Part shown: one piece after another, positions 26,627-37,959 of the stretch | How positions within the stretch are numbered: position 1 is the stretch's first letter | How the letters are laid out: the number at the start of each line of letters is the position of its first letter | Made by a program: the position numbers and the translations under genes | Notes under the pieces: generated by a model | Database searches by the model: none | What the model was told of the DNA's origin: nothing | Seen by the model: the letters and a program-made list of their open reading frames with translations, nothing else | Origin: Mobula hypostoma | Lineage: Eukaryota | Assembly (NCBI RefSeq): GCF_963921235.1 | Contig: NC_086097.1 | Span: 207,640,001 to 207,704,000 of the forward strand | DNA: 64,000 nt | Direction: 5' to 3'

Positions 26627-28476
26627 CAAAGTGAAGGATAATCCAAAGAGCTTTTACAGGTATATTAAGAGTAAAAGGATTGTAAGGGATAAAATTGGTC
26701 CTCTTGAAGATCAGAGTGGTCGGCTATGTGCGGAACCAAAAGAAATGGGGGAGATCTTAAATAGGTTTTTTGCGTCTCTATTTACTAAAAGGAAACTGGC
26801 ATGAAGTCTATGGAATTAAGGGAATCAAGTAGTGGGATCATGGAAACTGTACAGATTGAAAAGGAGGAGGTGCTTGCTATCTTGAAGCAAGTTAAAGTGG
26901 ATAAATCCTCAGGACCTGACACGGTATTCCCTCGGACCTTGAAGGAGACTAGTGTTGAAATTGCGGGGGCCCTGGCAGAAATATTTAAAATGTCGCTGTC
27001 TACAGGTGAGGTGCCGGAGGATTGGAGAGTGGTTCATGTTGTTCCCTTGTTTAAAAAAGGATCGAAAAGTAATCCGTGAAATCATAGGTCGGTAAGTTTG
27101 ACGTCGATGGTGAAAAGTTATTGGAGGGAGTACTAAGAGACAGAATCTGCAAGCATTTGGATAGACAGGGACTTATTAAGGAGAGTCAACATGGTTTTGT
27201 GCGTGGTGGGTCATGTTTGACCAATCTATTGGAGTTTTTCGAGGAGGTTACCAGGAAAGTGGATGAAGGGAAGGCAGAGGATGTTGCCTACATGGACTTC
27301 AGTAAGGCCTTTGACAAGGTCCCGCATGGGAGGTTAGTTAGGAAAATTCAGTCGCTAGGTATACATGGAGAGGTGGTAAATTGGATTAGACATTGGCTCA
27401 ATGGAAGAAGCCAAAGAGTGGTAGTAGAGAATTGCTTCTCTGAGTGGAGGCCTGTGACTAGTGGTGTGCCACAGGGATCAGTGCTGGGTCCATTGTTATT
27501 TGTCATCTATATCAATGATCTGGATGATAATGTGGTAAATTGGATCAGTAAATTTGCTGATGATACAAAGATTGGAGGTGTAGTAGACAGTGAGGAAGGT
27601 TTTCAGAGCCTACAGAGGGACTTGGACCAGCTGGAAAAATGGGCTGAAAAATGACAGATGGAGTTTAATACATTTATTGCAAGGTATTGCACTTTGGAAG
27701 GACAAACCAAGGTAGAACATACAGGGTTAATGGTAAGGCACTGAGGAGTGCAGTAGAACAGAGGGATCTGGGAATACAGATACAAAATTCCCCAAAAGTG
27801 GTGTCACAGGTAGATAGGGTCGTAAAGAGAGCTTTGGTACATTGGCCTTTATTAATCAAAGTATTGAGTATAAGAGCTGGAAAGTTATGATGAGGTCATA
27901 TAAGACATTGGTGAGGCCGAATCTGGAGTATTGTGTTCAGTTTTGGTCACCAAATTACAGGAAGAATATTAATAAGGTTGAAAGAGTGCAGAGAAGGTTC
28001 ACAAGGATGTTGCTGGGACTTGAGAAACTCAGTTACAGTGAAAGGTTGAATAGGTTAGGACTTTATTCCCTGGAGTGTAGAAGAGTGAGGGGAGATTTGA
28101 TAGAGGTATATAAAATTATGATGGGTATAGATAGACTGAATGCAAGCAGCCTTTTTCTACGGAGACAAGGGGAGAAAAAAACCAGAGGACATGGGTTAAG
28201 GGTGAGAGGGGAAAAGTTTAAGAGGAATATTTGGGGGGGCCTTCTTCACACAGAGGGTCGTGGGACTGTGGAATGAGCTGCCAGATGAGATGGTAAATGC
28301 GGGTTCCTTTTTAACATTTAAGAATAAATTGGACAGATACATGGATGGGAGGTGTATGGAGGGATATGGTCCATGTGCAGGTCAGTGGGACTAGGCAGAA
28401 AATAGTTCGGCACAGCCAAGAAGGGCCAAAAGGCCTGTTTCTGTGCTGTAGCTTTTTCTATTCTTTCTATGGTTTC
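26627..28476 (+). mobile_element. Young 5'-truncated CR1 LINE (RT pseudogene + 3' UTR)
   Basis: DKSSGPD, PEDWR...[43 protein letters not shown] (ORFs 26801-28276); candidate TSD TTATGT at 26621-26626 and 28477-28482. Confidence 0.95.
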
Positions 28477-28989
28477 TTATGTAACTCATAACCAATATTT
28501 ATAAAATTATGATATATTAAATGATATCACAGCTGCAAAGCAACATATTTCATGACATATGTCATTGATAATAAACTTGATTCTGATTATGATTCACTAA
28601 TATGCAAGGTGCAGTTACTGTACTTGACATCCTTTGATCAGTTAGGATTCCTGTATCCTCAAGCAAAATGTGGCTTACTTGCAAGGATGCAAAACTTGCC
28701 TGGTGGGACAGATTGATACCACTACTTCAGAGAAATTGGATCCAGACCAGTTGGCTGGAGCTACTCCTACAGTCATCTGTTTCAACTGCAAATGAAGATC
28801 TTGGCTGCATTGGTGAGTCTCCAAACTTTGCTTGTTGATGTTTTGTTTCATGTACTGTTTTTCTTCAGTTTTGCCTACTGCGACTTGCACTTTGCAACCA
28901 CACATCTGGAGTGCTGTAAAGTAGGCAACTGACTAACTACACTTATTCTGTTCTCTTGGACAAAGTCAGAATCAAATCCACTGAATGTG

Positions 28990-29052
28990 CAGTGCTGTGC
29001 AAAGGTCTTAGGAACATATAGCTAGGCTGCCTAAGACTTTTGCACAGTACTG
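28990..29052. mobile_element. Tc1/mariner-like mini palindrome (MITE)
   Basis: CAGTGCTGTGCAAAGGTCTTAGG...CCTAAGACTTTTGCACAGTACTG followed by TA. Confidence 0.7.
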
Positions 29053-29452
29053 TAGTAATTTGATGTATTGAGCACATTGCATACTGCCACACGCAAAAAA
29101 AAAAAAATTTCATGACATATGTACGCAATGACAAACCTGATTCTGATATGGGTCTCTATTGTGGACTCAGAGTGGGAATCATGATCGGGAAAAGAGGAAG
29201 CGAGAGGAGAGAGCGGGAAGCACCAGGGAGTTATTTTTCATAAAAATCAACGAACCATTTGTTTGGAATTAGATGACCTTGTCTGGTATCTCAGGGCTGG
29301 GTGGGTTTGCACCTGAGCCACCCCCTGCCTCTGGCGTTCCTTCTCTGCCTCCTGTCCAACACTCCTTCTGCGGCACTCCATCCTCGCCATTCCCAACATC
29401 CTTTGCTTCCGCAAGGTTTACCAACTCGCTCTCCACTTCACGTTGACAAATA

Positions 29453-29519
29453 CAGTACTATGCAAAATGAGGCACCCAAGCTGTGCCTAATATGTGCCTA
29501 ACACTTTTGCACAGTACTG
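29453..29519. mobile_element. Second Tc1/mariner-like mini palindrome
   Basis: TA then CAGTACTATGCAAAA...TTTTGCACAGTACTG. Confidence 0.65.
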
Positions 29520-29669
29520 GGCTTCTTATAAGACTCAGCGAGTTCTTTACTTCATTACAAGTTATTCCATTTATTAATATATTCTTAACTGATGAAATAG
29601 CCAGTTGTCATGGCCAGGATAATTTTTTAAAATGAGCAAAAGAGGCTTCAATTTACATACTCTCAATAC

Positions 29670-29890
29670 ATTCCCAAAGAGCTTTAAGACCAATTAAGTC
29701 ATTTTGAGATATAGTCATATCTGCAGTATGAGAAATGAGCAGCCAATTTTTGTGCCTCATGGTCCCACAGGCAGCAATTTGACAATGATTATATAATCTG
29801 TTGGCCGAGGGATAAATGTGAAGCACTGCATCAGAGATAACTTTACTTCCTTGAAATGTTAAAACAGGAGTTTGAAAATCTGTCTGGGAG
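29670..29890 (-). mobile_element. Probable ancient Deu-domain-type SINE remnant
   Basis: GCAGCCAATTT..TCCCACA..CAGCAA..GAGGGATAAAT run resembles the Deu-SINE core; a related decayed stretch lies near 59740-60060. Confidence 0.45.
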
Positions 29891-30199
29891 GGAAGACACA
29901 AGGTTAAATTAGTTATTAATCTATTTATCCAATGCTTTATTTTTGATAGATATAATATATTTTCTTAGATTTCTTGAGAAATTTCAAGAACTTTTATACC
30001 TTTGAGCTCCACTTACGCAGAAAAATGGATCATTATATTCAATTCTGATGAGAAGTAAAACACAGGAAAAGCTCAGGCACACTTCCTTTTGATAATTTCA
30101 CAGAAAACTTAATACCTGGAATTAAATAACATACTTTGGCCCAATTTAAGTCTTTCATATACTGTACATTGAGCAGTTCATGAATGGAGTTGGAATAAT

Positions 30200-30395
30200 G
30201 CTCACTTATAGGGAAAGAATGAATAGGTTGGACTTTATTCCCTGGAGCATAGAAGAAGGAGTGGAGAATTGAATGAGGAATACAAAATTATGAAGCGTAT
30301 AGGGTAAATACAGTAAGCTTTTACACTGAGCTTAGGTAACACTAGAACTAGAGGTCATAGGTTAAGTGTGAAAGATGGAATATTTAAGGGGAACC
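30200..30395 (+). mobile_element. CR1 3' fragment
   Basis: Decayed GLYSLE.RR, YKIM, TRGHRL. Confidence 0.75.
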
Positions 30396-30402
30396 TAAAC
30401 AT

Positions 30403-30605
30403 AGGGCAATTTACAATGACTAATTAACCTACAAACTGGTGTGTTGTTGGACTGTGGGAGGAAACCGGTGCACCCAGAGGTAGCCCATGAAGTCACGGGG
30501 AGAACATACCAACTCCTTAGAGATGACATTGCAATTGAACTCCGGACATCAACACCCCTATACAAGCTGTAATAGCATCATGCTAACTGCTACTCTACCA
30601 TGGAA
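30403..30605 (-). mobile_element. tRNA-derived V-SINE (HE1-like)
   Basis: TGTGGGAGGAAACCGG.GCACCC core; minus-strand A box (TAGCAGTTAGC) and B box (GTTCAATT). Confidence 0.75.
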
Positions 30606-31799
30606 CCCCAATCAAGAGTTCTAATTCTTGATTAGAGTTGTTGTAGGTGATAAAAATCTGACAGGAGAGATGTTGGTGTTGACCTACATAAACATTCCAA
30701 AAGAATGAGCTGAGCAATTGTGGAAGTTAATGGGAGACTTTGAATTGCTGAAGTATTTTTAGAAAGTGCACAAGTAGTTAGGGTAGTCTTAAGAGTATGT
30801 TTCAAAATATACAAAAATAATTACACCTAACTCATCCCCAATGTCTCAATTAAATCTCTTTAACCCATGCTTGACATTTTCAGTACCAGACATAAACCAT
30901 GAACTATTAGTGCCCGGTTTACTGCTGAATTGTTGCATCATTGACATGAACCAGAAAGAAAATAGAATTTAAGCATAAAGATAACATATTTTTAGTTGAT
31001 TTAAATGTATTAATAAGACTCCAGCAGAAACTCCTGTCTTATATCAAGGACTAGGTGACAATGAGATTGGGTTGGTGTCAGGGAATAAATCAAATTTCGA
31101 CCATCACATTCCAGCTGAAATGTGGGATTTTTTAACTAAAGTTAGCAAAGGTAGAAATTACAATTCCTTTTGTAGATTTTAGTATAGACTCCAGGAAGAG
31201 AAAATTATTTCAAAAGGATTAGAATCAGAATCAGATTTATTATCACTGTCTTACATGACACGGAATTTATTGTTTTATGGTAGCAGATAGTGTAAAGATA
31301 CAAAATGATGATAAATTAGAGGATAAATAAAGCATGCAAAAATAAAAGGAAAAACAATGTTGAATTCATGGAATTGCTTCAAATACTAATCAGAGTAGCT
31401 TTATTCAATCTCAGGGATTCAGTTGTATGGAAATACAGGTTACATCTCCTCAAAGAGTGGAGAAGTCCTGATTATCTGTATCTCACTCTGTAACAAAAAT
31501 ATAAATTAACTCAAGGTAAACGCAATGTAGGACACCTGAAAGAGAGATGTTGGAAATGTGAAATTTAAAAAATCATAAATTGTTGGCAATGGTTTCTCTC
31601 ACTAAATATGCTCTCTGGCCTGCTAAATATTTCCTGCATTTTATGCTTTATTTAAGAAACACAATTATTTTGATGCTTTGCTTTGCCTTCCTTCAACATA
31701 TTATAGCAGTATTCTATAAATTTTATGTTACAGATGTGGTTGCCATAGGGATGGGGAAAATTTACTCCGGTTTCTGTCACCTTTTAGTATAGAATATTC

Positions 31800-32335
31800 A
31801 ACATACAACATAGAACAATACAGCACAGTACAGGCTCTTCAGCTCACAATATTATGCCAGCATTTTAGCCAATACTAAGATCGGTCGAATGCTTCCTTCC
31901 CACAGAGCCCCCGCATATTTCCTTCATCCATGTGCTATGAGTCTCTTAAATGTCCCTAATGAATCTTCCTCTGCCACTATACTTGCAGTGCATTCCATGT
32001 ATTTATCATTCTATGTGTCAAAAACATACATTTATACTTTCCTCCAGTCATCTTAAAATTATGTCCTCTGAATTAGCGATTTCTGCCCTAAGAGAAAGGC
32101 TGTCTACACTATCAAAGCCTTTATCATCTTAAGGACCTCTATCCAGTCACCTCTCCTCCTCCTTCACTCAAACTATTCTCAGAAGATATCCTCTCTAATC
32201 CAGGCAGCATCCAGGGAAATTTGTCTGCATTATTTCTAAATCTTCCATGTCCTTCCTATAATGAGATGAGCAGAAATGAACACCATACTCCACCTGTGGC
32301 TCAGCCAGAGTTCTATAGAGATGCAACATTACCTC
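31800..32335 (-). mobile_element. CR1 3' fragment
   Basis: CATAGAACAATACAGCACAG tail; decayed PQVEY and YRKD motifs on the minus strand. Confidence 0.7.
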
Positions 32336-32337
32336 AT

Positions 32338-32797
32338 TTTATGAAGTATGTGGAAGCCTTATAGAATGTGCAGAGGAGACTTACCAGGATGCTGCCTGGA
32401 TTAGTGAACATTTCTTATGAGGTAAGTTTGAACGAGCTGGGACTTTTCTGTTTTGAGCAAAGGAGGACGAGAGGTGACTAGACAGATGTGTATAAGATTA
32501 TGAGGGGTGGAGATAGAATGGACAGCTAGTATCTTTTTCCCAGGGCAGAAGTGAGTGGATGAAAAGTTAGGGGAATTATCAGAAATATAATCTTTACACT
32601 GAGATTTGTGGATGCTTGAAATGCACTGCCGGGGATGATGACAGAGGGTGATACAACAGGGACATTAAAAAAGTTAAGATAGGCATAAAGATGTAACAAA
32701 AATGAAGGATTATGGGCAGTGTAGGAGGGAAGCAATAGAGGGGCAGGTTTATATAGGTCAGCAAAATATCATAGACCAAAGGGCTGTCCTATGTTCT
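32338..32797 (+). mobile_element. CR1 3' fragment, opposite orientation to its neighbour
   Basis: VQRRLTRMLPGL, LGLF..EQRR.RGD; CTATGTTCT tail. Confidence 0.8.
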
Positions 32798-32914
32798 TAA
32801 GATGTACTGGAAACACTGTGAAGGAGTTTAGAGTCAGACAACACAAAAACAGGCCCTTTGCTCAATTAGTCCTTGCTGACCAAGGTTTCCATATAAACTA
32901 GTCCCATTTGCCCA

Positions 32915-33505
32915 CATTTAACCTACATTTTCTAAGGAAGCTGAGATCCTTCAATGTGTGCAGCAGGACGTTGGAGATCTTTTACCAGTCTGCTGCAGTG
33001 AGTGCAGTCTTCTTTGTGGCTTTATGTTGGGGGAGCAGCATCAGTGCTGGTGATGCAAAAAGACTAAATAATCCCATCAAAAAGGCTGGATCCATCCTTG
33101 GCTACAATCCAGACTCTTTTGAGTTAGTAGTGGAAAGGTCACTAAACAAACTGTTATCCATTATAGACAATCTGGCACATCCTTTGTATCACCTTCTGAA
33201 TAAGCAATGGAACACCCTTTCAAACAGACTCATTCAGCTCCACTGTTACAAGGATCATTACAGAAAATCTTTCCTACCAAATGCAGTAGCACATACAACA
33301 GTGCGACAGAACACACATCACAGTACAATAGTCTCTGCTTCATTATTTCACACATTATTATTGCACATTATTGCAAACTGGTATGTTATTATTGTGCATA
33401 TTATCATTTTGAACAGTATTATTAGTTAAGTCTACACACTGCTAAATCTGCTTTTAAATGTTGCTGCTGTAACAAAAGAATTTCCCCTCGGGATCAATAA
33501 AATAC
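32915..33505 (+). mobile_element. Rex1/Babar-like 3' fragment inserted in a minus-strand CR1 tail
   Basis: FLRKLRSFNV...FYQS.....FF...CWG, HPL, RY.KSFLP-like in ORF 32908-33429; GGGATCAATAAA end. Confidence 0.85.
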
Positions 33506-33514
33506 TTATGATTA

Positions 33515-33915
33515 TCTCTCTAAACCTTTGCTATTATGTATCTACCCAAGTACCTTTTCAATGTTGTTAATTTACCGCCTGAATCACTTCTTCCATATAT
33601 AGACATCCCTTTGGGTGAAGAGGTCACCCCTCTCCACTCTCATCTTAAACGTATGTCTTCTGGATCTTGATTCCTCAATCCTGGGAAAAGGACTGCACAT
33701 TCTCCCTTTCTATGCCCCTGATAATTCTATATGCTCACCTCTCACTTTCCTAGTTCTAATGAAGATGTCCCTCTCTTCATAATTCGGTCCCCTGAGTCCC
33801 AGAAACATCCTTGTAAATCTCCTTTGCACCCTTTCCAACGTAATGCTATCTTTCCTACAGCAGTATGACTGAAACTGAACACAATATTCCAAATGCGGCC
33901 TGTCCAATGTCTTGT
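33515..33915 (-). mobile_element. CR1 3' fragment (its tail lies at 32830-32914)
   Basis: RPHLEYCVQF..LERVQRRFTRM in ORF 33710-33907. Confidence 0.85.
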
Positions 33916-34884
33916 AAAAACTTTTATATTTTAAAACTTAAAGATCAGTTTAAAGTGCCTCTTGCATGTATTTGATAGATGATCTGGAGCGAAAATGTAT
34001 TTACGAGTGATCATTTAATTCTTTAGCAGGTAATTCTAACCTGCTCCACAAATGAAAAATACCTTTTGTACACCAAGTCCTTTCAGAATCCTATTTAATT
34101 TTTCGGAGTACCGCTCAGTATTTTCTAGTAATAAATGAGTAAAAATCATCCTCTATTACAAGGTGTCATTTTGGATTTCAACACTAAATCATTTTGTACC
34201 TTCTTAACTACTAACCTTTTCATTTTACAATTGTTCACAGTTCTTAACCAACTTCCAATAAGCTTACTCTCCATCTATCCCTCTAGAAATGAACACAGAT
34301 GCTTTGTCTTTTTAATAACCTTCATTAGCTTGCATTATTATTTCTAACACCTTGTGATTTTTTTTTGACACAGATCTATCTCCTCCTCCTATCTAATTAT
34401 TTTTCAAGGTATATTTTGCCACCTATTTCTTCTGATAAAATGAACCACTTTACAGTTAATTGTGTTACAGTTTCTTTGTTCTTTATTCCGTATCACTACA
34501 TTTTATTATAATCTGAGTGGAACATGCTTTGCTATTCTACCACTGCTACATTGCTAGAAGGGAAGTACATAGGGAATTGATGGCAACTTGATAAGCACCT
34601 GGTTCTTTCAGCAGTGCTGCCAACGACAATTCATCTCTGGTTATAGAAAGCATTTTTGTGCAGTGTGGTCTCTGAATCCTTCTCTAACTCGTAATTACAC
34701 TTTTACCTCTGAGATAAAAGGTTGTGGTTCAATTCACTCCAGAGAGAGGAATACAATATAAATTCTCCATCAAGGTACTGTTACGCTGTTACAAATTTTG
34801 TGCTTCAGTAGAGGTGTAAAATCAGATTTTCGTTTATTGTGAGATAATCTCTGTAAATTTGTAGCAGAGTTTCCTTGGGTAAGG

Positions 34885-35025
34885 AAACCCTCCCCCCACC
34901 TTTTAAATCTACTCAGCTTTATTTCTCCAATCCTGCTGAATGGTCTCGGCCCAAAAAGTTGACTGTACTTTATTCACAGATACTGCCTGTCCTGCTGAGT
35001 TCCTCCAGCATTTTGTGTGTGTTGC
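34885..35025 (+). mobile_element. Short decayed Penelope 3' end
   Basis: TCCTGCTGAATGGTCTCGGCCCAAAAAGTTGACTG..CCTGCTGAGTTCCTCCAGCA. Confidence 0.75.
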
Positions 35026-35154
35026 AGTGTTTCCTTGATTGGTAACAGTGAGAATACTTTAAAAGTGCCCCATTGGCTATAGAGTGCTTTGTGATCTTGA
35101 GAGGTCATGAAAGGCAACCTGGTATGACTTCAAGATTACCTGGTATGAAATTTT

Positions 35155-35447
35155 TTTATTTTATTTATTTATTGAGATGCAGCACAAAATAGGCCCTTCC
35201 AGCTCTTTGAGCAGCACCAGCAAGCAATCCCCCAATTTAGTCCTAGCCTAGTTATGCGGCAATTTATAATAACCAATTAACCTACCAGCTGGGTCCTTAG
35301 ACTGTGGAAGGAAACCGGAGCACCCGGAAAAGACCCACGCCATGTGGTCACGGGAAGTATGTACAAACTTGTTACAGGTAACAGTGGGAATTGAACCCAG
35401 GTCACTAGTACTGTAAACCATTGTGCTAACCACTATACTATCATACT
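35155..35447 (-). mobile_element. tRNA-derived V-SINE (HE1-like)
   Basis: GGAAACCGGAGCACCCGG core, GGTTCAATTCCC B box, (TAAA)n tail on the minus strand. Confidence 0.78.
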
Positions 35448-36634
35448 GCTTTTGCTTCTACTGCTAAGTAAACAATATGCCTTAGAATTTCAGAATTGCA
35501 TACAGCCTCTACTATTTTGCATACTTAGTACAAGTTTCAATTGATAAATCTCCAACCGACTCTCTTTTAGAGACTCTTCATACTGTATTTCAAAACCATT
35601 CATCGTCAGTCAGTGGATCCCAATGTCAAAGCAATTTCAGTGAACACAAATGTGCAGATTGGTTCAATTTTGCTTACTATCTACATGCCCATGAGCTTCT
35701 GTGCAATATAATTGATATTACCTGTCAATGTGCTTATGAGATTATAATTCCATTAACAAAAGAAAACTAATTTCATTCTTCCTGTGTATTTTCCATGTCA
35801 GACACATCTTCTATTATAGCCTCTCTGAAGGGAGTAAGGCTTTTTGGTAGCTGTGCCCAGCTGCCTCTAGGTCATTAGCATAAATAAAAACAGTTGTCAG
35901 TGAATGAAAAGCAACAGAGTTTCATGGGCTGCTGTAACTGCAGTCTGCATTCACAATAAGTCCCGGCAGTTTTTGAATATCCATCCCAAAAAATAAGCAC
36001 ATGTAAGTATTCAGAAATCCTGCTCTAAGGCATTGAACAATTTAATTGTACTGTTGAGTCCACTCCAAGATTGTAAAAAAACCAAACAACTTGAGAATTA
36101 AAGAAAGGTACAAATATTTTTAATACTTATTGAAATAAAGGTGAATTAATTTGAACAAAATGCAAAAAAAATCTCTATCCCCAACTGAAAATTTTACCTA
36201 GGTTTATACTCTTTTAAGGGGTTATTTGCAATATGGGACATAATTGCAATGAAAACAACCAAATATAACAGTTAATGATTAAAATGGAGTATTAGGACTT
36301 TGCAAGTATAATATTTAGTGATTAAAACGGAGTACTGTATTACCCAGCCCAATTTATAGTGTAGTTTATTTAATGACTGGAAAACACAGAGGAATGAGTC
36401 TCCAGAACATCCAGTACTTTTGTTAATTGTTTGTGTCTTTTAATTTCCTTTCTGTTTGTTTCATATAACAACCTGACTATCATTTCAGAGGTCTACTGAG
36501 TGCTCAATCCCAAGGCAGCTGTCAGCACCTGCAGCAGGTTTGCCTAGTGGAAAGTGTAGAACTCATTGGTATAATAATAAGGGCTTATTAGATGGATTTT
36601 AAATATTTGTTATCCAGTGGTTTTGTTAAGTTCA

Positions 36635-37105
36635 ACACTCAGGAATGGAAAAAAGCTTCAGAAAGTGAGAGCTCAGTCCAGTCCATCGCAGACAAAGTGC
36701 CCCCCAGTACTGAATATACTTAGTTGGAGCACTACCCCAAGAAGGCAGCACCCCATTATCAATGATCCCCACCATCTAGACTATGTCCTCTTCTTGCTAC
36801 TACCATCAGGCAGGAGGTATAGAAGCCCTCGGTCCCCCATCACCAGGTTCAGGAATAATTATTTCCTTGCAGCCATCAAGCTCCTGAACAGCTGTGGATA
36901 GCTTCAATCACCAGTACTCTGAGTGGATTCTATGATTTACAGACTCACTTTCAAGAACTCTTTACAACATATTCTCAGTATTACTTTTATTTTGCACAGT
37001 TTGTCTTCTTTTGCACATTGGTTATTTGTCAGCCTTTGTCTGTTTATGTATAGTTTTTTCTTAAGTTCTATTGTATTTTTTCCCCTCTCAATACTTGTAG
37101 GAAAA
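36635..37105 (+). mobile_element. Rex1/Babar-like 3' fragment
   Basis: IINDPHH...LF.LLPSGRRYRS...TRFRN.YF..AI.LLN. Confidence 0.85.
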
Positions 37106-37139
37106 TAAAGTGAGAATGGGACTAGAATGGGAATTGTAG

Positions 37140-37922
37140 CAGGAAAATATTTAATGGTCTTATAACAGTAGGGTAGAAGCTGTCCTTGAGCTTAGTGGTA
37201 CATGCTTTCAGGCTTTTGTATCTTCTGCCTGATTGGATAATGACCAGAGTGGGTGGGGGCTTGATTACGCAGGCTGTTTTACTGAAGCAGAGAATAGTTT
37301 CAACGGGGTCCATGGCGGGGAGGCTGGTTTACTTGATGTGTTAGCTGTGTCTACAACTCTCCCCAGTATCTTGTGGTCATGTGCTGAGCAGCTGCCAAAT
37401 CAATCTGCTATGCATCCCAATAGAAGACTGTCTATGTTCCATCTATAAAAATTAGTAAAAGTCTTTATCCTCCTGATGAAATAGAAGCAATGGTGAGCTT
37501 TTTGATCATTGCATCTATATGACTGGACTACATCCATTCCTAGGAATTTGAAGCTCTCAAACTTCTTAACCTCAACATCCTTGACTGTAAACAGGAGCTT
37601 CCGCACTGTCCCATTTCTGATGTCTATGACCAGCTTTTCTGTTGTGTCGACATTCAGGAAAAGGTTGTTGTCATGACATCATGCCAGTAGGCTCCCTGAT
37701 ATCCTATAACATGATATTTATATTTGCGATTCTGCCCAGTATGGTGGTGTCATCTGCAAACTTGAAGGTGGAGTTAGAGCCGAAACTGGCAAGGCAGACA
37801 TGAGGGTACAGGGAGCAGAACAGGGGGCTAAAGATACAACTTTGTGGGATACCAGTGTTGAGGATAATCATGGTGGAGTTGTGGCTGCTTACTCTTACTG
37901 ATTGTGGTTTGTTGGTCAGGAA
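37140..37922 (-). mobile_element. Rex1/Babar-like RT/C-terminal fragment
   Basis: TGIPQ.CI.SPL..SLY, KFADDTT, SFKFLG, SGRRYKSL..T.KLKDSFYP. Confidence 0.88.
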
Positions 37923-37959
37923 ATAATAGAGGTAACCCTGCAAATTATAGAGCAGCTAG

